From positions 792-64,791 of the forward strand of contig DASQHL010000133.1 of assembly GCA_035632115.1 (NCBI GenBank): 64,000 bases of DNA, read 5' to 3'. The translations under genes were made by a program, and so were the position numbers. The notes beneath the pieces are model-generated. The model was given only the letters and a program-made list of their open reading frames with translations, was not told where the DNA came from and did not search any database. Positions 48,436 through 57,345 of this stretch are shown in pieces (within the stretch, counting starts at the first letter, position 1; every line of letters starts with the position of its first letter). Source of the stretch: Dehalococcoidia bacterium (GTDB lineage: Bacteria; Chloroflexota; Dehalococcoidia; DSTF01; JACRBR01).

Positions 48436-48464
48436 TTGACCGTTGATCGGGTCGGTGCTACATT
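48436..48464 (+). promoter_or_regulatory. Sigma70-type promoter for rex: -35 TTGACC (48436-48441), 17-nt spacer, -10 TACATT (48459-48464)
   Basis: Near-consensus hexamers at optimal spacing in an otherwise GC-rich intergenic region, about 60 nt upstream of the rex ATG. Confidence 0.5.
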
Positions 48465-48481
48465 GCGCAAAATTGCGCAAT
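48462..48481 (+). promoter_or_regulatory. Candidate Rex operator: tandem palindromic half-sites aTTGCGCAAaaTTGCGCAAt overlapping the -10/+1 region
   Basis: Two copies of the self-complementary octamer TTGCGCAA, 2 nt apart. Resembles the Rex box TTGTGAA-N-TTCACAA. Positioned for autorepression. Confidence 0.45.
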
Positions 48482-48524
48482 CTGGCGGATCTTCCTCGCT
48501 CGCGAGCCCCCGCGCAGGAGCCGG

Positions 48525-49169
48525 ATGCCCATCGAGATCCCGGACGTTGTCATCGACCGCCTTCCCGTGTACGCGCGCGCCCTCGCGTCGCTGGAGCGCG
48601 CCGGGCGCGAGGTCGTCTCCTCGCAGGAGCTGGGCACCCAGCTCGGCGTGACCCCCGCCCAGATCCGCAAGGACCTGAGCTACTTCGGCCGCTTCGGCAA
48701 GCAGGGGCGCGGCTACAACGTGCGGCGCCTGCTGGAAGAGCTGCATCAAATCCTCGGCCTCGACCGCCGCTGGACGATGGTCGTCGTCGGCGTCGGCCAG
48801 CTCGGGCGCGCCGTCCTCAGCTACGGCGGCTTCGCCCCGCAGGGGTTCGAGATCATCGAGGCGTTCGACGCCGACCCCGCTGTCGTCGGCTCCCGCATCG
48901 ATCACCTCGTCGTCAAGCCGGTCGACGAGATCCGCTCGCTGTTGTCCGGCCGCGGCGCCGACATCGGCATCGTCGCCACACCCGCCGCCGCCGCGCAGAA
49001 GGTGATCGATGCGCTCGTCGACAGCGGCGTCCGGGCGATCCTCAACTACGCGCCCATCGCCGCCCACGTGCCGCCGTACGTCCACATCAAGGACATCGAC
49101 CCCGTGCTGTCGCTGCAATCCATGACCTTCTACCTGAAGGACGAAGTCGCTCCGACAACCTCCAAGTAG
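48525..49169 (+). CDS. rex: Redox-sensing transcriptional repressor Rex
   Basis: N-terminal winged helix …RLPVYARAL…, Rossmann NADH-binding …VVVGVGQLGRAV…. Full-length Rex similarity. Confidence 0.9.
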   Translation: MPIEIPDVVIDRLPVYARALASLERAGREVVSSQELGTQLGVTPAQIRKDLSYFGRFGKQGRGYNVRRLLEELHQILGLDRRWTMVVVGVGQLGRAVLSYGGFAPQGFEIIEAFDADPAVVGSRIDHLVVKPVDEIRSLLSGRGADIGIVATPAAAAQKVIDALVDSGVRAILNYAPIAAHVPPYVHIKDIDPVLSLQSMTFYLKDEVAPTTSK

Positions 49170-49217
49170 CGCCCGCCCGGTCGGCGTCTCGCCCGCACAC
49201 GCCACATATACTGCCGC

Positions 49218-49946
49218 ATGCTGCCTTCGCGCCGGACTGAATTCCTCGCCGGCGTGCGCGCCCAGCTCCCGCTGCTGCTGGGCGTCGCCCCCTTCGGCAT
49301 GGCCTACGGCGCCTACGCCGTGAAGGCCGGACTCCCGTCCGGCCTGTCGCAGGCCATGTCGGCGATCGTCTTCGCCGGCGCCAGCCAGTTCGTCGGTGTC
49401 CGCCTGATCGTGCGCGACGTCCCCGCCGCCGTCATCGTGCTGACCGTCCTGCTGGTCAACTTGCGCCACGTCCTGTACAGCGCCTCCCTGGCGCCCTACG
49501 TCGAACACCTGGACCGCCGTTGGCGCTGGCTCCTCGCCTACCTGCTGACCGATGAGGCGTACGCCACGGCGATCGTCCGCTACCGCGGCGCTGCCCCCTC
49601 GCCGTACAAGCACTGGTTCTTCCTCGGCACGGCGATCACCCTGTGGGCGGCCTGGCAGGTCAGCACCGGCGCCGGCGTCTTCGTCGGCACCGCCGTGCCC
49701 AACTCGTGGTCGCTGGACTTCGCGCTGCCGCTCACCTTCATCGCCCTGCTGGTGCCCATGGCGTCGGAGCGGCCCGCGCTGGCCGCCGCCGCCGTGGCGG
49801 GACTGGTCGCCGTCGTGGGGTTCCGCTGGCCGTACGGCATCGGGCTGATCGTCGCCGCCGGCGCGGGCATGGCGGCGGGGATCGCGCTTGACCGCGCGCT
49901 CTCCCCATCTGCTCCGGCCGCCGCCGATGTCGAGGCCGGCCCGTGA
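49218..49946 (+). CDS. azlC: AzlC-family branched-chain amino acid exporter subunit
   Basis: AzlC signature …SAIVFAGASQFV…; 6 TM helices. Confidence 0.85.
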   Translation: MLPSRRTEFLAGVRAQLPLLLGVAPFGMAYGAYAVKAGLPSGLSQAMSAIVFAGASQFVGVRLIVRDVPAAVIVLTVLLVNLRHVLYSASLAPYVEHLDRRWRWLLAYLLTDEAYATAIVRYRGAAPSPYKHWFFLGTAITLWAAWQVSTGAGVFVGTAVPNSWSLDFALPLTFIALLVPMASERPALAAAAVAGLVAVVGFRWPYGIGLIVAAGAGMAAGIALDRALSPSAPAAADVEAGP

Positions 49947-50263
49947 GGCTCTGGCTGATCGTGCTCGCGATGGGCGCCGGCACCTACGGCATCCGGCTCT
50001 CCGTGCTCGCGCTGGTGCATCATTCGGCCCTGCCGCGCACCGCCCGCGAGGCCCTGCGCTTCGTGACACCCGCCGTGCTCTGCGCCATCGTCCTGCCCGC
50101 GGTCCTCTACACCGGCCCGGCTGCCGCGTTCGATGCCGGGCCGGGCAACCAGCGCCTGCTCTCCGCCATCGTCGCCGCGCTGGTCGCCTGGAGCGCGAAG
50201 AACGTCTGGCTCACGATCGGCGCCGGCATGGGCGTGCTCTGGCTCCTCCAGTGGGCCTCCTGA
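49943..50263 (+). CDS. azlD: AzlD-family branched-chain amino acid exporter small subunit
   Basis: GTG start overlaps the azlC stop (GTGA). 106-aa, 3-4 TM helix AzlD-like protein. Confidence 0.8.
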   Translation: MRLWLIVLAMGAGTYGIRLSVLALVHHSALPRTAREALRFVTPAVLCAIVLPAVLYTGPAAAFDAGPGNQRLLSAIVAALVAWSAKNVWLTIGAGMGVLWLLQWAS

Positions 50264-50321
50264 CCGCTGCGCCTTTGCTACACTGCCGCCACCCCCGCGG
50301 GATCCGCCCGAGGAGATCGCC

Positions 50322-51593
50322 GTGACGATCACCGCATCCGAGATCGAGCAGAAGGCGCGCGAGGCGAAGCAGGCCGCCCGCACGCTCGCCACGCTCTCCA
50401 CCCAGGTCAAGAACGCCGCCCTCAACGCGCTCGCCGACGCGCTAGTGGCACGGACGGACGAGATCCTCGCCGCGAATGCGCGCGACCTTGACCGCGGCCG
50501 CGCGGACGGGCTCACCGCTGCTGTCACCGATCGCCTGACGCTCGACGCAGCCCGGCTCGCCGCCATCGCGAAGGACGTGCGCACCGTCGCCTCGCTGCCG
50601 GACCCGGTCGGCGAGATGCTGGAGATGCGCACCCTCCCCAACGGCATGATGGCCGGCAAGATGCGCGTCCCCTTCGGCGTCATCGGCGCCATCTACGAGA
50701 ACCGCCCGAACGTCACCGTCGACATCGCCTCGCTCTGCCTCAAGGCCGGAAGCGCTACCATCCTGCGCGGCGGCAAGGAGGCGCTGGAGTCCAACGTCGT
50801 CCTCGGGCGCGTGATCCACGCCGCGCTCGCATCCGCCGGCGTCCCGGCTGCTGCCGTCCAGATCATCGAATCGAGCGACCGCGCCATCGTCGCCGAGATG
50901 CTGGCGATGAACCAGTACATCGACCTCGTCGTTCCGCGCGGCGGCGAAGAGCTCATCCGCTTCGTCGAGCGAAACGCGCGGATGCCGGTGCTCATCGGTG
51001 GCATCGGCGTCTGCCACACCTACGTCGATCGCGCCGCGGACCTCGCGAGGGCGCGCGACATCGTCGTCAACGCGAAGACGCGCCGCTACAGCATCTGCAA
51101 CGCGCTCGATACCATCGTCGTCCACGCGGACGTCGCCGCCCGCTTCCTCCCGGACGCCGCCGACGCCCTCGCCGAAAAGGGCGTCGAACTGCGCTGCGAC
51201 GAGCGCGCCCACGCCCTCCTCCGGGGCCGCCCGGGCGTCACGCCCGCCACCGACGCCGACTTCGGCAAGGAGTGGCTCTCCCTCGTCGCCTCCGTCAAGG
51301 TCGTTGATTCGTTCGATGACGCCGTCGATTTCATCTACCGCTACAGCAGCGGCCACTCCGACGCCATCATCACGGAGGACTACTCCGCCGCGATGCGCTT
51401 CCTGCGCGAAGTCGATACCGCCGTCTGCTACGTGAACGCCAGCACGCAGTTCACCGACGGCGCGCAGTTCGGCCTCGGCGCGGAGATCATCGATGCCACC
51501 CAGAAGTTCCACGCCCGCGGCCCCGTCGGCCTGCGCGAGATCTGCACGTACAAGTGGATCGTCTTCGGCACCGGCCAGGTCCGGCCCGCCTGA
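50322..51593 (+). CDS. proA: Gamma-glutamyl phosphate reductase
   Basis: RBS GAGGAG then GTG at 50322. ProA/aldehyde-dehydrogenase motifs (…ICNALDTIVVH…, catalytic Cys). Confidence 0.9.
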   Translation: MTITASEIEQKAREAKQAARTLATLSTQVKNAALNALADALVARTDEILAANARDLDRGRADGLTAAVTDRLTLDAARLAAIAKDVRTVASLPDPVGEMLEMRTLPNGMMAGKMRVPFGVIGAIYENRPNVTVDIASLCLKAGSATILRGGKEALESNVVLGRVIHAALASAGVPAAAVQIIESSDRAIVAEMLAMNQYIDLVVPRGGEELIRFVERNARMPVLIGGIGVCHTYVDRAADLARARDIVVNAKTRRYSICNALDTIVVHADVAARFLPDAADALAEKGVELRCDERAHALLRGRPGVTPATDADFGKEWLSLVASVKVVDSFDDAVDFIYRYSSGHSDAIITEDYSAAMRFLREVDTAVCYVNASTQFTDGAQFGLGAEIIDATQKFHARGPVGLREICTYKWIVFGTGQVRPA

Positions 51594-51615
51594 TCGCTAC
51601 CCGCCCCCGGAGCTC

Positions 51616-52386
51616 TCACGCGCTCTCGACGCTGCCGCGCCCGGCGCGCGGCCGCCGCGTCCGCAGCACCTTCACCCCCCGGTCGTCGTAGAGCAGCGGC
51701 ACCGTCGCTGAGACATCGATCTGCGCCGCGTAGCGTAGGTCCTCGACGAAGCCGCCTTCCTCCAGCGTCCTGCCGTGCTTCGACTGGCGGAAGATCCGCC
51801 CCGCGTCGCCGCGGTACCATCGCCAGAGGTGCAGCGCCGCCCACGCCTCGTCCGTGAGCGCCAGCGCCGGATCGGCGTCCCGCGCCGCCTCGACGATGGC
51901 GCCGGCTGCGGCCGTGTCCTCCAGGCTGAACGCCGTGCCGCGCTCCGTCCCCGCGCACACCACCGCGATGTCCAGCCGCCGCCGCCCCGCCTCGTCCACC
52001 ATCCGCCCGGCCACCGCGCGCCGGTTCGTCAGCGCCGCCGCCGCCACGACCGGCGCGTCCGCCGCCGCCGCGAGCGCCCGTGTGCCGTTCGTCGTGCACA
52101 GCACCGCCGACTTGCCTCGAAACGATAAGTGAGAGAACTCGGCCGGCGAATTGCCGTAGTCGAACCCCGGTGGTGGCGCCGCGCGAACCTCCCCGCAGAG
52201 CAGCGCGAAGTTGGCCAGCGCCAGCTTCCGTGCCTGCTGCAGGTTCTCGCTCACCATCGCCCGCAGCAGCCCGCCCTCGAACATCGCCACCAGCGACGTC
52301 GTCGCGCGCAGCACGTCGACGACGGCGACGGCGTGGCGGCGCGGCTCACGCAGCAGCCCCGGCGTCAGCGCCACCGTGATCCTCAT
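51616..52386 (-). CDS. 2-phosphosulfolactate phosphatase (ComB) family protein
   Basis: ATG at 52386 (MRITVALTPGLL…). ComB-family similarity across 256 aa. Confidence 0.75.
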   Translation of the reverse strand: MRITVALTPGLLREPRRHAVAVVDVLRATTSLVAMFEGGLLRAMVSENLQQARKLALANFALLCGEVRAAPPPGFDYGNSPAEFSHLSFRGKSAVLCTTNGTRALAAAADAPVVAAAALTNRRAVAGRMVDEAGRRRLDIAVVCAGTERGTAFSLEDTAAAGAIVEAARDADPALALTDEAWAALHLWRWYRGDAGRIFRQSKHGRTLEEGGFVEDLRYAAQIDVSATVPLLYDDRGVKVLRTRRPRAGRGSVESA

Positions 52387-52519
52387 GATGCGAGCGTACG
52401 CCGCCCTGCCCCGCAGGTCGAGGGCGCGCGTCAACTTGACGGCCCGCCCACGCCCGCCGCCGCGCTTTCGCCGCCGGAGGCGCCGCTGGCCGTGCCTGCC
52501 CATCCCCTATCATGCAGCC

Positions 52520-54289
52520 ATGGCCCGCATTGAGGCCTCGATCGAGGACTTCGGCACGCGCGTCGCCTCCCTCCCGCGGGGCTTCTGGCGGCGCGGCCGC
52601 GCCGATACGTCGCTGGAGACGCTGCCCGGCGGCATCCGCCTCGCCGTCCTCACCTCACCTTTCATCGTGCGCTGGGCCGCCTGGCTGGTCGCCGTCCTCA
52701 TCGTCGTCATCGCCAACGAACCGCGCGTCAACGTGCGCTTCGAGCCGTGGCTCCTGCTCGGCACGATGGTGCAGACGGCACTCGTCACCTTCTACGTGCC
52801 AGTCATCCGCCCGGCCCTCCTCCCCGTCCTCCGCCGCTGGTTCGAGACGCCGGAGAACAACGACGTGCTCGTCCTCGGCCTCGCCGACCTTACGCTCTCG
52901 ATGACCGCCGTCTACCTCAGTGGCGGCTGGGGCAGCCCGTACTACCACTTCGCGCTGACCGCCCTGCTCATCCCCGCGTTCTTCTTCACCTTCCGCGGCG
53001 TGCTGCTGCTCGGCGGCGCCTTCATGGCAGCCTACGTCTTCGGACTGATGACCTTCGGCGATGGCGTCCACGGCGGCTGGAAGGACACCAACCTCAACAG
53101 CTTCATCGGCGCCATGGTGACGCCGCTCCTCGTCGCCCTCGTCCCGAACTACCTCGGCACCGTCCTGCGCGAGCTCGATGCCGCGCGCCAGGACGCCGTG
53201 GAGGCCCTCGGCGATAGCGACCTCCTCTATCGCGTCGCGCGCGCCTTCCTGGAGGGCGCCCGCCAGCCCGCCGCCGTGCTGCCTAACGTCGCCGCCTCCG
53301 CCGTCGAGGAGTCGCGCTTCTCCCGCGTCGCGCTGCTCGTCCCGCGCGATGGCGCCGTCCAGGCCTTCGGTACGGACCTCGACCCACCACCGGAGCTGGA
53401 GCGCCTGCGCACGGCGTTCGATGCCGAGGGCGCGCGCACCTGGCTTGCCGACGCGCTGCCGCCGCCGCTCGATGCCGCCTTGCGCGGCTGCGCCTGGTGC
53501 GGCGTCGTCCCCCTGCGCTCCTCCGATGGCATCGAAGGCTGGGTCGTCGCCGGCGCGCTCGAACGGCCCGCCTCCATCCTCCATCAGATCCGACTGCTCG
53601 ACGCCATGGCCGGGCAGATCGCGCTGGGCGTCCGCAACATCCGCCTCACCGCCCGCGTCGCCGAACTGGCTGCCGAGTACGAGCGGGGCCGCATCGCGCG
53701 CGAGATCCACGACGGCATCGCCCAGATGGTCTACATGCTCTCCCTCAGCCTGGAGACCGCCATCGATCGCGTCGGCAGCGACCCCGCCGAGCAGCGCCAG
53801 CGCCTGAAGGACCTGACGGCGCTCGCCAAACATGCGCTCTGGGAAGTGCGCCAGTACATCTTCGACCTCCGGCCTCTGCTCAGCGGCGACGAGGGCCTCG
53901 CCGGCGCCGTGCAGGGTCAGGTCCAGGAGTTCCAGGCTGTCTCCGATCTGCCGGTGGACTTCGTCGTCCGCGGCGAGCCTGGCCCCCTCCCCATGGAGAC
54001 CAGCGCCGCCCTCTACCGCATCGTGCAGGAGGGGCTGGGCAACATCTTCCGCCACGCCCAGGCCTCGCACGTCGCGATCGAGCTGGCCTTTCGCGACGCC
54101 TCCGTCGCGCTCGCCATCAGCGACGACGGCGTCGGCATCAGCGACGCCGAGCCCGGCGCGCGCGTAGGCTACGGCATGGCGAACCTGCGCGAGCGCGTCG
54201 AGGCACTGCGCGGCACCCTCGCCGTGCGCAGCGAACCCGGCGAGGGTACACGTATCGAGGTCGCAGTGCCGGTCGGAGGAGACACATGA
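52520..54289 (+). CDS. Membrane sensor histidine kinase, NarL/LuxR-partner type (HisKA_3 + HATPase_c)
   Basis: ATG at 52520. N-terminal multi-TM sensor region. H-box …EYERGRIAREIHDGIAQ…. N and G boxes …IVQEGLGNIFRHA… and …DDGVGI…. Confidence 0.85.
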   Translation: MARIEASIEDFGTRVASLPRGFWRRGRADTSLETLPGGIRLAVLTSPFIVRWAAWLVAVLIVVIANEPRVNVRFEPWLLLGTMVQTALVTFYVPVIRPALLPVLRRWFETPENNDVLVLGLADLTLSMTAVYLSGGWGSPYYHFALTALLIPAFFFTFRGVLLLGGAFMAAYVFGLMTFGDGVHGGWKDTNLNSFIGAMVTPLLVALVPNYLGTVLRELDAARQDAVEALGDSDLLYRVARAFLEGARQPAAVLPNVAASAVEESRFSRVALLVPRDGAVQAFGTDLDPPPELERLRTAFDAEGARTWLADALPPPLDAALRGCAWCGVVPLRSSDGIEGWVVAGALERPASILHQIRLLDAMAGQIALGVRNIRLTARVAELAAEYERGRIAREIHDGIAQMVYMLSLSLETAIDRVGSDPAEQRQRLKDLTALAKHALWEVRQYIFDLRPLLSGDEGLAGAVQGQVQEFQAVSDLPVDFVVRGEPGPLPMETSAALYRIVQEGLGNIFRHAQASHVAIELAFRDASVALAISDDGVGISDAEPGARVGYGMANLRERVEALRGTLAVRSEPGEGTRIEVAVPVGGDT

Positions 54290-54933
54290 CAACGCGGCTG
54301 ATGATCGTCGATGACCACGAGGTGGTGCGGATGGGGCTGCGCGCGGCGTTGGAGGTGGAGCCGGACTTCATCGTCGTCGCGGAGGCCGGCAACGGTCAGG
54401 ACGCCATCGATAAGGCGCGTGCCCACCAGCCCGACATCGTGCTCATGGACGTGCGGATGGACGGCATGGACGGCATCGAAGCCTGCCGCGAGATCCGCAA
54501 CGAGTTGCCGGCCACGAAGGTGCTGATGCTCACCTCGTTCGCGGAAGAAGAGACGGTGGTGGCCGCCCTCCTCGCCGGCGCCGCCGGCTACGTGCTCAAG
54601 AACGTCGCCCGCTCACGCCTGCTGGAGGCGCTCCGCTCCGTCGCCGCCGGCGAATCGCTGCTCGATTCCAAGGTGACCAGGGCGGTGCTCGATAAGCTCG
54701 TCGCTCAGCGCCAGTCCGCCCCGGTCGATGACGGCGCCGAGCTGACGGCCCGTGAGCGCGAGGTGCTGGCGCTGATCGCCGAGGGCGCTACCAACAAGGA
54801 GATCGCCGCCAGCCTCGTCGTGAGCGAAAACACCGCCCGCAACCACGTCAGCCACATCCTTTCGAAGCTCGGCTTTAGCCGCCGCTCCGAGGCTGCCGCC
54901 TACGCCGTCAAGAAGGGCATCGTGCGCGAGTAG
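54286..54933 (+). CDS. Response regulator, NarL/FixJ family (REC + LuxR HTH)
   Basis: ATG overlaps the HK stop (ATGA). REC motifs MIVDDHEVVR…DIVLMDVRMDGMDG. LuxR HTH …LTAREREVLALIAEGATNKEIAASL…. Confidence 0.9.
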   Translation: MTTRLMIVDDHEVVRMGLRAALEVEPDFIVVAEAGNGQDAIDKARAHQPDIVLMDVRMDGMDGIEACREIRNELPATKVLMLTSFAEEETVVAALLAGAAGYVLKNVARSRLLEALRSVAAGESLLDSKVTRAVLDKLVAQRQSAPVDDGAELTAREREVLALIAEGATNKEIAASLVVSENTARNHVSHILSKLGFSRRSEAAAYAVKKGIVRE

Positions 54934-54957
54934 CCGCCATGCGCCCGACGAGCTTCG

Positions 54958-55518
54958 CTACCAGCGCTGCTCCGCCCACGGTTCGCCGGTAATGTCCGCC
55001 ACGTGCATCCGCACGTGCTGCACCGCGACCGCCATCAGCACGCCCGCCAGCGGCCCCGTGATCCCGCCCGCGGAGCGGATCGGCGCGGCGAGCAGCGCGG
55101 AGTCCACGCCTTCCACCGCCGCGATCGTCCGCGCCCGGTTCGCCGCCAGCTCGTCGATCAGCTCCGCCGCACTCGCCCCGGCGCGCTTCTCCACCTGCCG
55201 CGCGTTGTAGTCGTCGATGCCCCCCCGCGCGCTGCGGGTCGCCATCCCGGCGCCCTCCGCCTCGTTCGTGCGGCGGACCCCGCCGGCCGGCGCCGCCCCC
55301 GGAGGTGCGTCCTTCGCCACGTCCAGCAGCCGCGCGTACGTCCACTCGATGGATGCGATGTGGGCCAGGATCTCGCGTCCGTTCCAGCCGTTCTCGTACC
55401 GCCCCTGCTCGAACGCCGCCGCGTCCATCGCCCGCAGCCGCGCGACGGCCTCGTCGCCGCTCCCCCGCAACGCCGCCAGCAGCTCCGCCTTCGTCGGTGT
55501 GCGCTCTTCCGTGATCAC
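54958..55518 (-). CDS. DinB/YfiT-family (DinB_2) protein, second paralog
   Basis: DinB_2 His triad context (…GREILAHIASIEW…, …AVQHVRMHVADI…). Confidence 0.7.
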   Translation of the reverse strand: MITEERTPTKAELLAALRGSGDEAVARLRAMDAAAFEQGRYENGWNGREILAHIASIEWTYARLLDVAKDAPPGAAPAGGVRRTNEAEGAGMATRSARGGIDDYNARQVEKRAGASAAELIDELAANRARTIAAVEGVDSALLAAPIRSAGGITGPLAGVLMAVAVQHVRMHVADITGEPWAEQRW

Positions 55519-55884
55519 ACCTTCCCCTTCGCCTTCTGCCGGTAGTTGTATTGCAGTGACGAGCTCAGATCAACGCCATCGGTACGCCGCACCCGCGCCA
55601 GTGCGGCCTCGTAGCGCGCCCCTGCTTGACGGCGGCCCACGCCGCTGTAACGCCGTACAGGGCCGCCCGTTTGTGTCTGTGTCGAAGGAGGCGGGGCCTT
55701 CGACAACAAACGGGGTACGGCAGCAATGCCGCACTCCGTTTGTTTGTCCGCCGCATTCGTCATCGCCGCCCCGCGCCTCGCCGAAACGCGCATACCTGCT
55801 CGCCTTGGCGCCCTCCGGTTTGCCGCCCTGCGTGCCGATCCGGTACACATAGGCGACCGATCCCGGAGCCCGCAGGACCCCATA

Positions 55885-57345
55885 TTGAACGTCCTCTTCG
55901 CGACCATGGAGATGAGCCCACTCGCCAAGGTGGGTGGACTCGGCGACGTCGCTGGCTCGCTGCCCCGCGCCCTCCGTGCGACCGGCGCCGATGTGCGCGT
56001 CGCCATGCCCATGCACGGCGCCATCGAGCGTGCGTCGCTGCCGCTCCGGCGCGTGCTCCAGGGGGTGGAGGTGGCGTGGCCCGACGGCCCCCAGCACGTC
56101 GATGTCTGGCAGACCGACGCCCGCGGCGTGCCCGTCTACCTGCTCGAGAACGAGCGCTACTTCGGCCGCCCCACCGTCTACGGCTTCGACGATGACCTCG
56201 AGCGGTTCATCTTCTTCTGCGACGCGCTGCTCGCCTGCGCCCCGCACCTCGGGTTCCGGCCGGACGTCGTCCACGCCCAGGACTGGCACACCGCGTTCCT
56301 CATGACACGCCTCGCCACCTCGCCCGCCCATCCCTGGGCCGATGCCGGCCGCGTCTACACCATCCACAACCTCGCGCTGCAGGGCAACTTCGATGAAGGG
56401 TTCGCCCACCGCCACGGCCTCGCCTCCGCCGATCTCGCTCCGCCCGATGGCCTCCCCTGGAGCACCGGCCTCAGCGGCATGGCGCAGGGCATCATGCACG
56501 CCGACCGCGTCAACACCGTCAGCGACACCTACGCCCGCGAGATCCTCACCCCCGAGTACGGCGCCGGTCTCGACCCGCTGCTGCGCGCCCGCGCCGCCGT
56601 CGTCTCCGGCATCGTCAACGGCATCGATTACGACGAGTTCAACCCCCGCACCGACCCGGCCATCGCGTGCCACTTCAGCGCCGATGATCCGGCCGGCCGC
56701 GCCGACGATCGCCGCGCGCTCCAGGAGGAGGCCGGGCTGCCCGCCAGCGAGACGGCCGTTGTCTTCGCCGCCGTCACGCGCCTCTTCGCGCAGAAGGGCA
56801 TGGACCTCGCTGCCTCGGCGTTCGAGCGCCTGCTCGACGGCCAGGACGCCCAGCTCATCATCCTCGGCACCGGCGACGAGGAGCTGCACCGCACGCTGCT
56901 CCGTCTCCAGGATGCGCACCCCGACCGCGTCAAGATCTGGCTCGACTTCAACCCGCCGCTGGGCCAGCGGATCTACGCCGGCTGCGACGCCTTCCTCATG
57001 CCCTCGCGCTACGAGCCCTGCGGCCTGGGCCAGCTGATCGCGCTCCGCTACGGCGCCGTGCCGCTGGCGCGCCGCACCGGCGGCCTCGCCGATACGGTGC
57101 AGGACGCCGATCTCGCCGCCGCCGCTGGCAACGGATTCGTCTTCGATCAGCCAACCGCCGCCGACCTGCAGGCAGCGGCGGAGCGCGCGCTCGCGGCCTT
57201 CCGCGATCGCGCCGGCTGGCGGGCACTCCAGGACCGCGGCATGCGACAGGACTGGTCGTGGGGCCGCGCCGCCGGTAAGTACCTGGAGCTGTACCGCGCC
57301 GCGCACGCCGTGCGCCTCCAGGAGCGCGGGGTCGCCGGCGCATGA
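55885..57345 (+). CDS. glgA: Glycogen/starch synthase (GT5, ADP-glucose type)
   Basis: N-terminal ILNVLFATMEMSPLAKVGGLGDV (K-x-GGL motif). Full-length GlgA similarity. Putative TTG start at 55885. The in-frame ATG at 55726 adds 53 aa of low-GC3, rare-codon sequence, judged non-coding. Confidence 0.8.
   Translation: MNVLFATMEMSPLAKVGGLGDVAGSLPRALRATGADVRVAMPMHGAIERASLPLRRVLQGVEVAWPDGPQHVDVWQTDARGVPVYLLENERYFGRPTVYGFDDDLERFIFFCDALLACAPHLGFRPDVVHAQDWHTAFLMTRLATSPAHPWADAGRVYTIHNLALQGNFDEGFAHRHGLASADLAPPDGLPWSTGLSGMAQGIMHADRVNTVSDTYAREILTPEYGAGLDPLLRARAAVVSGIVNGIDYDEFNPRTDPAIACHFSADDPAGRADDRRALQEEAGLPASETAVVFAAVTRLFAQKGMDLAASAFERLLDGQDAQLIILGTGDEELHRTLLRLQDAHPDRVKIWLDFNPPLGQRIYAGCDAFLMPSRYEPCGLGQLIALRYGAVPLARRTGGLADTVQDADLAAAAGNGFVFDQPTAADLQAAAERALAAFRDRAGWRALQDRGMRQDWSWGRAAGKYLELYRAAHAVRLQERGVAGA

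Noticed and set aside
55726-55884. In-frame ATG 53 codons upstream of glgA, giving a 539-aa product with an N-terminal extension.
   Set aside because: The extension has low GC3, three ATA codons and no RBS, and it overlaps a structured AT-rich leader. A TTG start at 55885 immediately precedes the conserved first beta-strand of GlgA.
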